A stretch of DNA of 40,508 nucleotides from a virus (lineage: Duplodnaviria; Caudoviricetes): positions 1 to 40,508 of IMG/VR virus record IMGVR_UViG_3300035494_000155; one strand, 5' to 3'. This document shows, piece by piece, positions 26,515 through 36,068 of this stretch (position 1 is the first letter of the stretch; the number at the start of each line of letters is the position of its first letter). The position numbers were made by a program, and so were the translations under genes. A model generated the notes under the pieces. The model was not told the origin of the DNA, ran no database searches, and worked only from the letters and a program-made list of their open reading frames with translations.

Positions 26515-26879
26515 TGACTGAAGCCGATTACCAAGCTAAGATTATCAAAGAGCTGGAAAAATTTGGTGGTATTGCAGTAAATGGTATATACACCAAGAAA
26601 GGAGAAGCTGATTTACAGTGTGGAATAAGCTGGGGAGGGCAACTTCTACACTTAGCTATAGAAGTAAAGTCAAAAAAAGCCTATGAAAAACTTATGAGCG
26701 GCATAGCCGTAAATGACGAAGGGTTATATGAGATAGTTGATAAGTCTAAGCTTGACACTAGAGAGGTGTTACAGTTACATAAGATTAACCGTAACAGGGA
26801 GCTGGGAGGCCATGCCTTATTTGCCTATGAGTTTAGTCAAGTATTAGAATATATGGAGGAGAATTATCATGATAACTAG
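26511..26879 (+). CDS. VRR-NUC / PD-(D/E)XK nuclease (possible resolvase)
   Basis: TEADYQ.KI, GEADL, AIEVKS, Q..KI..GG.A. Confidence 0.8.
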   Translation: MMTEADYQAKIIKELEKFGGIAVNGIYTKKGEADLQCGISWGGQLLHLAIEVKSKKAYEKLMSGIAVNDEGLYEIVDKSKLDTREVLQLHKINRNRELGGHALFAYEFSQVLEYMEENYHDN

Positions 26880-26903
26880 CATTAACTATAGAGGAGTCCA
26901 TAA

Positions 26904-28097
26904 ATGACTCCTTTCCCCCATCAAATAGAAAAAGCGGAAGAGTGCTGGGCTCACCTAAAAGAAAAAGGTTATGTTTATTTAGCCGGTAAGCCAAGATCAG
27001 GTAAAACCTACACTAGTATCCTGGTAGCTGAAAAGTCTACTAGGATTAATAGCGTCTTGGTCCTAACCAAAAAAGCTGCAATATCTGGATGGCATAAGTT
27101 CATAGATGGAAATACTCTGCTAAAACATAGGTACTATGTTACTAACTATGAACAAGCCAAAAAGCTAAAAGCCAAAGACTATCAATTAGTTATAATAGAT
27201 GAGTCTCATAATCTAGGGACACTAGGTAAGCCTTCCAATCGTATCATAGATATTAGAAAGCTATGTGCAGATTTACCTCACATTAACCTTAGTGGAACAG
27301 CTTTAGTAGAGTCTCCAAATAGCATCTTTCATCAAATGTGGATATCTAAGTATACCCCATTTAAGTTTAAGAACTTCTATGAGTATTTTAGATTTTATGG
27401 CATACCGTATTATATTAAAGCGGCAGGTAGAGATATTCAGCAGTATGACAGGGCTAACTTAGAGCTATTAATGCCTGTTATAAATAGCTTTACTGTATAT
27501 ATGACACAGGAAGATGCGGGAATATCTAAAGACTTACAAGCAATAGATAAAGTCCATTATGTAGAACTAAACCCTACTACTAAAGAGCTATATAATACTT
27601 TGCAAAGGGAGCAAGTTGTACAGCATGAGGGCTTAACTATAGTATGTGATACTACTATGAAACTAAGAACTACATTACATATGATGGAGTCTGGGGTTGT
27701 TAAGATTGAAGACAAGTACCACTTTCTTGGGAATTTAGAGAAGATTATCTATATAAAAGAGAATTTTGGTGATAGTGAAGATACAGGGATTATGTGCCAC
27801 TTTATAGGAGAACGTATGTTACTTGAGCAGTTCTTTAAAAAGGCTAAAATCTATTCCTCTTCAGCTCATGCAGAGGGAGTAGACCTTAGTCATCTTAAGA
27901 ACTTTGTTATCTTAAGTAGTGACTATAGTGGCTCTAAATTCATCCAACGTAGGGATAGAATTATAAATATAAATGGAAGTAATACCCTTATTGTTCATCA
28001 TATATTAGTTAAGAAAGCTATCAGTGAGCAAGTATATAAGAGAGTCTCCAAAAAGGAAGACTTTAATAACTTTACTTATGAGCCTTACTCACTATAA
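26904..28097 (+). CDS. SF2 (SNF2-like) helicase
   Basis: GKPRSGKT, TNYE, DESH, SGT, EGVDL, QRRDRI. Confidence 0.9.
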   Translation: MTPFPHQIEKAEECWAHLKEKGYVYLAGKPRSGKTYTSILVAEKSTRINSVLVLTKKAAISGWHKFIDGNTLLKHRYYVTNYEQAKKLKAKDYQLVIIDESHNLGTLGKPSNRIIDIRKLCADLPHINLSGTALVESPNSIFHQMWISKYTPFKFKNFYEYFRFYGIPYYIKAAGRDIQQYDRANLELLMPVINSFTVYMTQEDAGISKDLQAIDKVHYVELNPTTKELYNTLQREQVVQHEGLTIVCDTTMKLRTTLHMMESGVVKIEDKYHFLGNLEKIIYIKENFGDSEDTGIMCHFIGERMLLEQFFKKAKIYSSSAHAEGVDLSHLKNFVILSSDYSGSKFIQRRDRIININGSNTLIVHHILVKKAISEQVYKRVSKKEDFNNFTYEPYSL

Positions 28098-28714
28098 GGA
28101 CCTAATCCTCCAGACCTAGCAAAATTTCTTAATTCTTTTAAGGACCTAGTTCCTAGCCTAAAGCTAGGATCTTTGCCCATTACTTCCCCAAGCTTAGCCA
28201 GCTCCTCATCAGTCATTTCTGTAATCGGTTTAGCCTTACTCTTCTCGAAGGTATACCTAAAAGAAGTTTCTACCTCTTTTACCACACTATTAAGGCTATC
28301 AGATAGCCCTCTTATGAGCTCTGGGTCAAATACCATAGAGTTTGGATTTTTCCTTAAGTATCTAGCAATGTTTAAAGGGAGCTTTAAGCTATTAGCTGCA
28401 GATAAGCTTTCAGGGTCTGCCGTATATTTATAAGGCGTTCCCTCTAGCTGTTTCCATACGCTATTATATATTTCTTCACCTACTCCATCTCCTCCGCTTA
28501 ATCTACTAGTATCCAGTTTTATAAGATTGGAAGAAGGTACATTATAAACTTGAATATCGCCAAGTTTACTGGTTGATTTCTTAATAGAGTCTACCGTACC
28601 CTGTTTATCTTTATATGCCTGAGTACCTACCGCGTATTCTTGGATAATATTGGGGTTAAATCGCTCATTTAAGGAAGCTTGTAAAGCTTCTCCAAATAAT
28701 CTATTACAGCTCAT
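28085..28714 (-). CDS. Hypothetical late protein
   Basis: ATGA-coupled to 28711..31398, AGGAG RBS. Confidence 0.75.
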   Translation of the reverse strand: MSCNRLFGEALQASLNERFNPNIIQEYAVGTQAYKDKQGTVDSIKKSTSKLGDIQVYNVPSSNLIKLDTSRLSGGDGVGEEIYNSVWKQLEGTPYKYTADPESLSAANSLKLPLNIARYLRKNPNSMVFDPELIRGLSDSLNSVVKEVETSFRYTFEKSKAKPITEMTDEELAKLGEVMGKDPSFRLGTRSLKELRNFARSGGLGPYSE

Positions 28715-31398
28715 TTACAATCTCCTGATATTTGTTTTAGCTTATATAAAACCAACTTATCAGCTTCCTCAGCTGGTAGCTTTATTCCCAAATCCTTTTC
28801 AATTCTACTGATTAATACTTTGGCCTCTCTTTCAACTATGTCATTTATAATAGCCGATCTTCTAGCAGCTTCAGAGTGAACTAGTTGCCCCTCTGCCTGC
28901 TTAACTATATTTTCGTACCTATTATTATTGAAGTACTCCATAGCTCTATCAGTAATCTCATTAGGGTTTCTACCTGATGTATCTTTTCTCCATAAATGCT
29001 CAATTAGAATATCTTCAGCATTGTCATGTAGCATAGCTGTACTAGGGTCCTTTGCCACCGTTCCTCTTGTAGTAGCATAAAGAACTTCATCTACAGAGTC
29101 AAGTACATTTACTTCAGGTTCCCTTGGTTGTTTCCATACAAGCCTTGCTGGTGCTTCCTTCCCAAATACTTCTTTAAATATGGCTTGTCTTTCCATAAAC
29201 TGATTTTGGAGCTCTTTAACCTGAGCTTTAACGGATGGGTCTTCCATATCAAAAGCTTTAGCCATATTAGCAGAGGTTGCAGAGAAGTCTAGAGGCTCTC
29301 TAATGATTCTTCTATCCTTAGGAAGGCTTCTTCCCATCTCTGCAATATTAGCAGCATTAATGGGATTTTCCAGTAGCTTACCCGTATTCTTAATCAAGGC
29401 AACAGCGTTGCTATTAGGGCCTGGCTTTAATTGGCTAACATAGTTAAATACCTTGGAAGCAAACCAATATCTAACCCTAACTACAGGGTCATCAGTAAGG
29501 TAGGTTTGAAAAGCTGGTATCTCAATTCTACCTGAAACCTTATTCAATACTGCGTCATTTCTAAATAAGTCTCCCATCGCTTTTAGGTTTCTAACCTGCT
29601 TTTGTACTTCAGGGGCAGAATTTTTCCAGCTAACCTTTCCAAGCTCTTCAGCTAATAAAGGAAAATGAATAGCCTGGCTTTCCCCTACAGAGCCCACGGA
29701 AAATCTGCTAACCATTTGCTTTAATATCGACCCATCTACCTTATTTCTAACACCTTTAGGTAGCTTCTCCACTACCTCATAAAAAGTGTTATCTCCTGCT
29801 GAGATATACTTGGATAAGGCCTTAACTACTTGCTGTTCATCGATTCCAGGTTTTGTTAAAGCCTTATATAGTACATTTTTCTCTAGCTGCTTCATCTGAG
29901 AGTATTCTGATTTAGCTGTAGCCCAAGATGTAGCCCATTGGTCATATTCTGGTATTCTCTGTTTACCCACAGTAGATATTTCAGTATCTATTGATTTTAT
30001 AATAGCATCTAAGGCTTGTCTATCACTATGAGAAATAGATTTAGAAGCAAACTTAATCTCATTGACAGTTTGTCTTAGGTCTATTAAATCAGTAAAGCTA
30101 CGGTTTAAAGAGGTATCCCCTATTTTGGTTAATAAAGCTTCATATCGTTGCTTAGCCATTGGGTTCTCTATCCTAGCTCCTATTCTCTCAGCTAGGGGCA
30201 TAACTCCTAGAGAGTCATAATCAAACTGATACCCCTCCATATATTTTGCAGGAGCCTCTTTCACATCACGATAGAAATTTTTAACATTAGTTGTATATCT
30301 ATTAAGCCCTTGATTAACTATCTGCTGAACGTTATCAGTAGCTAAGTTGTCCACCGCCACTCTAACATTTTCTGCCGTATCTCTGATGGATTTTGATAAG
30401 TTTGCAGAAGCTGAAGGGTTATATAGGTTAGCTTTATAAGCAATATCTTGCCCTCCAGCTTGGGTCCTAGCTAGTGCAACTAGGGCTTTTTCTTTTTCAT
30501 TACCCGGAATTTCTCCTACCACTTTTTCCAATCTAGATACTATCTCTCGGGCTTGGTCCTCAGTAACGTTATAATGCTCAAGGGCAGCCTTATAAGCCCC
30601 GTTCATATTACCTTTAACCACATAGTCATATACTTTAGCCATGTACTTCGCTGAAGTAACTCCGACTTGTCCAATAGTTAAGAAGAAAGCATCAGCTATC
30701 CCTGCATCTATCATCTTATCATAGATAACTTTGTCCTCTAGGTCATTCACTAGGCCGACTTGATTGATTAAGCCATCAGCTCCAGCCCCCAGTGAGGCCC
30801 CTAACATTCCTCCTGCCCCTGCATATATCCGTTTAGCCCAAGGTGGTCCCGGGATTAGGGTTGCTAAGGCGGCAGCCGTAAGACCCGTAGTTATCTCACC
30901 TTTGGAAGCTAACATAGTTTTTAGCAGCCCTGGTTCAGCTACTACTCTATCCCCATCTACAGATATCATTAGCTCCCCATTAGGTCCGTCGTACCGAGGC
31001 TCCATAAAGCCTTGAGCCTCCATCTCTTTAAGCACATGAGACTTTAAGTAGAACATATCAGCTTCGGCACTCTCCCTGTCTTCCGGAGACCAAATGCCAG
31101 AGACTTGTTTTAACATAGTAGAATAGCGAGACCTGATGTTTTCTACTTTAGCCTTGGCATCTTCCGCTTCTGAAATCGTTGAAGTTCTACGCTCATAGGC
31201 ATCCTGAGCCGCAGGGTCTATGGTTGATGTCGTATCCGTATTATAAGCAAAGTTATCAGGAGATACGGTAGGCTTAGTAACCTCGAACTCAGGCATAATT
31301 ATTTCGGAGTTAGTAGGGTCCTCCGTACTAGATTCTTCTGTAGATCCCAGCTCCCAAGGCTTTTTACTAGGGGTAGTGGCAACTTCCCAAGGTTTCAT
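28711..31398 (-). CDS. Large internal virion / DNA ejection protein
   Basis: 895 aa, helical, N-terminal KPWE x2, Gly/Ala hydrophobic hairpin. Confidence 0.65.
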   Translation of the reverse strand: MKPWEVATTPSKKPWELGSTEESSTEDPTNSEIIMPEFEVTKPTVSPDNFAYNTDTTSTIDPAAQDAYERRTSTISEAEDAKAKVENIRSRYSTMLKQVSGIWSPEDRESAEADMFYLKSHVLKEMEAQGFMEPRYDGPNGELMISVDGDRVVAEPGLLKTMLASKGEITTGLTAAALATLIPGPPWAKRIYAGAGGMLGASLGAGADGLINQVGLVNDLEDKVIYDKMIDAGIADAFFLTIGQVGVTSAKYMAKVYDYVVKGNMNGAYKAALEHYNVTEDQAREIVSRLEKVVGEIPGNEKEKALVALARTQAGGQDIAYKANLYNPSASANLSKSIRDTAENVRVAVDNLATDNVQQIVNQGLNRYTTNVKNFYRDVKEAPAKYMEGYQFDYDSLGVMPLAERIGARIENPMAKQRYEALLTKIGDTSLNRSFTDLIDLRQTVNEIKFASKSISHSDRQALDAIIKSIDTEISTVGKQRIPEYDQWATSWATAKSEYSQMKQLEKNVLYKALTKPGIDEQQVVKALSKYISAGDNTFYEVVEKLPKGVRNKVDGSILKQMVSRFSVGSVGESQAIHFPLLAEELGKVSWKNSAPEVQKQVRNLKAMGDLFRNDAVLNKVSGRIEIPAFQTYLTDDPVVRVRYWFASKVFNYVSQLKPGPNSNAVALIKNTGKLLENPINAANIAEMGRSLPKDRRIIREPLDFSATSANMAKAFDMEDPSVKAQVKELQNQFMERQAIFKEVFGKEAPARLVWKQPREPEVNVLDSVDEVLYATTRGTVAKDPSTAMLHDNAEDILIEHLWRKDTSGRNPNEITDRAMEYFNNNRYENIVKQAEGQLVHSEAARRSAIINDIVEREAKVLISRIEKDLGIKLPAEEADKLVLYKLKQISGDCK

Positions 31399-33206
31399 TA
31401 ATATCCTCCTGCTTTATTCATAGCTTGTTTAGGCCCTGTTTGCCCATCTAATTGCCCGTTTTGCATAGCTTGAGCCTGCTGTGGACTTAACATCTGAGCT
31501 GTCTCATCAATAACAGAAGCCATCTCTAAGCTATATTTATTTTTGAGGTTTTTAACAGCTAAGCTACCTAATTTAAAATACCCAGCAGGATTAACCTGGC
31601 TTAACAAATTTCCCATAGGGCCATTTAATACACTGTCAAGTACTGCCTGGTTTTTCTCATCTTCATCGTCATACGCTACACTATCGACAGAAATATCAGC
31701 CTTTGTAAAGGCAATCTCAGTTTCCATAGTAGGTATAGGAGCTAGGATATAATTTCCTTCTTTATCTATCAGTGGCTTATTGGTAGCTGGGTCAATAACC
31801 TCTTCAAATTCATATCTCATCTCAGGCTGACCGTACTCATCCACTCTACCAGTAGGTAGCATTAGTGGTTTATTAATCTCTACCCATCTTTGCCCTTCAA
31901 AGGTATCAGCTATTCTAACCACATCATGTGCAGTAAAATACTGTTGGATTAGATTTAATATATCCCATCCTAATAGCCTATAGAACTGTTCCATCTTAGA
32001 AGTAGCATACCTTAAAGCTACTACTGAGGCATTTTGCTGCAGCTTAACCTTAGCACCACTATCAGAGGCATAAGCCATACCTAAGAAGCTATCATTAATA
32101 GATAGCAATCTTTGTACTCTATCTAATGCCTTATCTATGATAGTATATTGGTCTAATACTTCACGAGTTAGGTTTTCTATTTTAATCCCGGATAGGTCCT
32201 TTACTTTAATAACGGCATTTACACGATTAAACTGGTCTGTAAAGTTTTCTATATTATCTATAGCATTCTCTTCTACAAAAGCCTTTTGAGTATTAACCAT
32301 CAACTGAATTTTTAGGATAGCCTGATTAATAGCATGTTGAGTGGCCCTTACTTCTCTAAAGATACCATAGTACTCCGCCTTATGTGATACGTTTAGCTTA
32401 TGTAATCGGTAAGGGTTTTTAACTTTACGATAAGTAATTTCTTTCTTATCAAGTATAGTTTCTCCACTCCAGTAAACAGACCAAGACTTTCCTTCTTCAT
32501 CTGTAAGTATACTGTGAACTATAAGGTAGTTATCATAAACCTTATACTCTCCCACAAATTCGGCATGGTATTTTCCTACAAACTCAGTATCTTCCTCCCT
32601 AAGATGATTATCATAACTGTTTAGCATCTTTAGCTTGGATTTACCGAACATCTCTACGACTTTTTCTCGGCTAACCCATCTATATCTATGGATAAACCTA
32701 GCATCTGAATAGTCTTCTAATGCACTCATAGGGTCTGGGATAATCTCCATAGAAGGAACGTGGCTAATATTTATTTTATATTTCGGTCTTTTAAACTCAT
32801 CATACTCTCCAGTTTCTTTAACTTCAATATAGCAGCACATTAACCCAGTAAGGATTAAGTCCAGCTTAATCTTATCCCCTTCTGCATTGAAGTTATTAGT
32901 TCTAAATATATAATCTACTAAGTCGTTTAGAATAGCAGCCGTATCTATATCATCTATTTGTTCTGGGGATACTTGAATATTGTTAACTACGGTTGAATAG
33001 TATCCCAGTAGCATACGACCAAACATCTTAATAATATTAAACGTCTCTTCTGGTTGTCCCCTATTGGCTAGGACATTTAACTGAGTATCAGTATATTGTC
33101 TGTTATGGTATAACTCTAATATTTCTAGAGCTTCTTCTCTAGAATCCCTAAAGGCTTCATAGCTAAATTTAAAGGAGTCCCTTAATGTTTCAATATCGCA
33201 AGTCAT
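31398..33206 (-). CDS. Portal protein (P22/N4-like)
   Basis: YHNRQY..L..RGQP..FNII, DPMS..DYSDARFI, YGIFR..QHAIN, Q-rich C-terminus; 602 aa. Confidence 0.9.
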   Translation of the reverse strand: MTCDIETLRDSFKFSYEAFRDSREEALEILELYHNRQYTDTQLNVLANRGQPEETFNIIKMFGRMLLGYYSTVVNNIQVSPEQIDDIDTAAILNDLVDYIFRTNNFNAEGDKIKLDLILTGLMCCYIEVKETGEYDEFKRPKYKINISHVPSMEIIPDPMSALEDYSDARFIHRYRWVSREKVVEMFGKSKLKMLNSYDNHLREEDTEFVGKYHAEFVGEYKVYDNYLIVHSILTDEEGKSWSVYWSGETILDKKEITYRKVKNPYRLHKLNVSHKAEYYGIFREVRATQHAINQAILKIQLMVNTQKAFVEENAIDNIENFTDQFNRVNAVIKVKDLSGIKIENLTREVLDQYTIIDKALDRVQRLLSINDSFLGMAYASDSGAKVKLQQNASVVALRYATSKMEQFYRLLGWDILNLIQQYFTAHDVVRIADTFEGQRWVEINKPLMLPTGRVDEYGQPEMRYEFEEVIDPATNKPLIDKEGNYILAPIPTMETEIAFTKADISVDSVAYDDEDEKNQAVLDSVLNGPMGNLLSQVNPAGYFKLGSLAVKNLKNKYSLEMASVIDETAQMLSPQQAQAMQNGQLDGQTGPKQAMNKAGGY

Positions 33207-34768
33207 TTAATTAGCTCCCAGTTCTCTTTAACTTTAAAGTCTCCGCCTTTAAATTTGTATATTTCACCGTCGTCAGTCTTATAATGTTTACCTGGCTTAT
33301 ATATTGTATCAGCAGTAACTTCATAAGGCATCTCTACACTTCCAAGACCTTCAGCACCAACCCTACTAGGTTTCTTCTTCTCATTAGGTTTTTCTAGGAA
33401 TTTCCCTAAACTATTAGATACTCCTTTTAAAGCTTCAATACCTCTTCTATATTTAGCGTTATATAGGGTAGGCTCTAAGGTTTTGTTTTCTTCATAAGTA
33501 CCTATAACTTCGTCAATCTTACCTTTTAGCCCTGACATTTGGACCTTTTGATTTTTGCTCAAAGTACCCATAGAGGCATCAAAACGTTTAACCTCAGCTT
33601 CATTTACAGTTAATCCAGATTGTAATTTTAAGAAAGTAGCAACGACACTAGCATAAGCCTGAGCATATTGGGTATCTTTAAGGTCTTCCTCTGTAACATT
33701 TCTAAGGCTTTCTGGGACATACTGACTTATTGCCTCCATTTGAGCTAATACAATCCCGGTATTTATGTTAGCATCATTGGCAAGAGCAGCCAGAGTATTT
33801 GCCGTAGCTCTAACAGCACCTACACCATCCCCTACCATCTTGCCAATATTAGCAACCAGTTTACGGCCAGAAGTAGTATTCTCTAGTTGCCTGATAACAG
33901 TTTCAGCTTCCATTATGTCTTTTTCGTCAAGTGACTCAATATTAAAAGAAGGAGAAGCTAAGTCAATACCCTTAGATTTTAAGTTAGCCTGGGCAGCACC
34001 AATATTTTCGATCTGAGCACTACTAGTTCCACCTCTACTTATTAAATAAGCCTTATATTCATTTAGCTCTTCGTCGGTAGCTTCCCCTTCCTCTATTTTA
34101 GTCTTAAGGGCACCAAAGTACTGGGCTTCTTGAATACTAAATGGAGTGGTACTTTTATTCTGTTCACCAAGGAATTGTCTTATATCAGTAGGAGTAGCAT
34201 CAGGGTTATTCTGTAAGTACTCGTCAAGCTTTTGGATATAAGCGGTATTAGCATTTCCTGCTAGTTGGGCTTCGGCCGTTTGTTTTTTCTGTACACCTAG
34301 GAAATGTTCTGCTCCCGAACTAATACTTAGAATATCTATGGCTTGCATATTCATTGGCTCTTCTTGTGCCATTCCGTTTATGGTCTTAAGGACTGATAGC
34401 TCACCCGCCTCATTACGTTTAATAGTACTAGTATTACCTAGCATTTCTCTTACTTGAGGATATTTCTGTAGGTAGAAATTAGCCTTATCAATATCACCTA
34501 ACTTAACAGAGGCTATTACTTGTCTAACTCTATCTTGGTTAAGCTCATCTTGTATCTGATTAAACTGGGCTTTAAGCATATCTTCACGAGTTTGCTGTGT
34601 ATTCTCTGTGAAGTCGTTGTTTAGGCTCATTTGCCTAGCCAGCTGTTGTTTATATTTACGGTCAGCCCCTGCGGTTTGGCCTGCAATAAACCCTTGAATA
34701 CCTTGACTAAGGCTATTACCTATTGCCGCATATCCCATTGACTGAGACATACTATTAACGTATCCCAT
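33203..34768 (-). CDS. Internal virion / ejection protein
   Basis: Gly-rich amphipathic N-terminus, QSGLTVNEAE, C-terminal YKFKGGD..NW. Confidence 0.65.
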   Translation of the reverse strand: MGYVNSMSQSMGYAAIGNSLSQGIQGFIAGQTAGADRKYKQQLARQMSLNNDFTENTQQTREDMLKAQFNQIQDELNQDRVRQVIASVKLGDIDKANFYLQKYPQVREMLGNTSTIKRNEAGELSVLKTINGMAQEEPMNMQAIDILSISSGAEHFLGVQKKQTAEAQLAGNANTAYIQKLDEYLQNNPDATPTDIRQFLGEQNKSTTPFSIQEAQYFGALKTKIEEGEATDEELNEYKAYLISRGGTSSAQIENIGAAQANLKSKGIDLASPSFNIESLDEKDIMEAETVIRQLENTTSGRKLVANIGKMVGDGVGAVRATANTLAALANDANINTGIVLAQMEAISQYVPESLRNVTEEDLKDTQYAQAYASVVATFLKLQSGLTVNEAEVKRFDASMGTLSKNQKVQMSGLKGKIDEVIGTYEENKTLEPTLYNAKYRRGIEALKGVSNSLGKFLEKPNEKKKPSRVGAEGLGSVEMPYEVTADTIYKPGKHYKTDDGEIYKFKGGDFKVKENWELIK

Positions 34769-34781
34769 AGTGTCCTCCTTA

Positions 34782-35435
34782 CTATTTCATATAGCCATAT
34801 AACATAGCAGCACTACCTATAGAACTTCCAATAGATCCTAAGGCACTAGCTTGTTGCCCTTGAGCAGCCAATAACTGCTGATTAGCTGCAGCCTGTTGAT
34901 TAGCATAGACATTACCTATGGTATTATAAGCAGAATTAGTTTGCTGTTGGTTTGCCTGTTGCTGGCCTAATCCAAGCCCTAAGAAGCTCATTTGCTGATT
35001 AGCTACAGTAACGGGAGCTTGCATAATAGCTTGAGTTTCTGCCTTAGCTTTATCAAATGCTAGCTCTTTGGTCATAGTAGCACTTAGTCCACTATCTGAA
35101 AGCCCTCTCTGAGCTAATTGCTTATTGATAGTATCCTTGGCAGATGAGTAGGTTTGCTGCAAGGCATTTAGGTTTCTGGCTGCCTCGCTATCTGCAGATA
35201 AGCCTTGGTAGTAGCTACTTAAGCTGTCTTGAATAGGACCAAAGGTAGCCTCCCACTTCTCCTGTAGTTCTTTAGCGTAAGCTAATTGCTCCCTACCTAA
35301 AGTTAACTGAGCATGTGCTGCATAATCAGAAGCAGCAGCCGCCGAAGAAGCGGCATCCTTAGCTGCCTTAGATCCCATAATCCCTGATGCTATTCCGGTA
35401 ACTGCTACTGCTCCGGCTACCCATCCTCCGCTCAT
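34782..35435 (-). CDS. DNA ejection (pilot) protein, P22 gp7-like
   Basis: Ala/Gly hydrophobic N-terminus, LAQRGLSDSG, Gln-rich. Confidence 0.7.
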   Translation of the reverse strand: MSGGWVAGAVAVTGIASGIMGSKAAKDAASSAAAASDYAAHAQLTLGREQLAYAKELQEKWEATFGPIQDSLSSYYQGLSADSEAARNLNALQQTYSSAKDTINKQLAQRGLSDSGLSATMTKELAFDKAKAETQAIMQAPVTVANQQMSFLGLGLGQQQANQQQTNSAYNTIGNVYANQQAAANQQLLAAQGQQASALGSIGSSIGSAAMLYGYMK

Positions 35436-35837
35436 CTATTGCTCCTTATATAATCTATTTTCAATGTTTTCTAAGGTATCTGTCTCATCTACCTTTACTA
35501 TGTTTACCCATACTAAGTCAGTAATAGCCAGCCCAATTTTTCTGGTGTCTTTCTCAGAAAAGAATTCGAAAGGGGCAGCCACATGGAACGAGTTATCTCC
35601 TATGTTAATGAAAGCCTCTCCTTGCATTACTATGTTCATAACAGACTCTTTATGAGCTTTTCCTATAATCATGGTACCAGCCGGGGCTTCCATCTTTCTA
35701 ACGTACAGTCCGTTTTTTATGTAGTGAGTATACCTAACCCCAGCAGAAGGAAGATTAGCTACCACTGACGCTAAAGAATGGATATCTTCTTCAGTAGATA
35801 TTAGCTTATGAGTTCCTACAAAGTTAACTAACTCCAT
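35436..35837 (-). CDS. Cupin-like protein of podovirus tail modules
   Basis: HYIKNGLYVR..PAGTMIIGKAHK..GEA. Confidence 0.65.
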   Translation of the reverse strand: MELVNFVGTHKLISTEEDIHSLASVVANLPSAGVRYTHYIKNGLYVRKMEAPAGTMIIGKAHKESVMNIVMQGEAFINIGDNSFHVAAPFEFFSEKDTRKIGLAITDLVWVNIVKVDETDTLENIENRLYKEQ

Positions 35838-35879
35838 TTATCTGCCTTTATATTAATATCTATTATACATTATAAAGTT

Positions 35880-36068
35880 TTAATTTTTGTTTAAACTTTC
35901 AATAATGGCATTAATTTTATTAATAATATCGACATTACTAGCATTAGCTGGAAGCTTAGATATTCTGGTTTTCTTTACGTTAGTTATAGAGTCAAACCTC
36001 AAGGAAGATAAGAAGGACCTAACAGCCATCTCATCCTTAAGGTTACGAGGTACTTCTTCAACGGCCAT
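35880..36068 (-). CDS. Small tail-associated protein
   Basis: 62 aa, GGAG RBS, DIINKINAII tail. Confidence 0.65.
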   Translation of the reverse strand: MAVEEVPRNLKDEMAVRSFLSSLRFDSITNVKKTRISKLPANASNVDIINKINAIIESLNKN

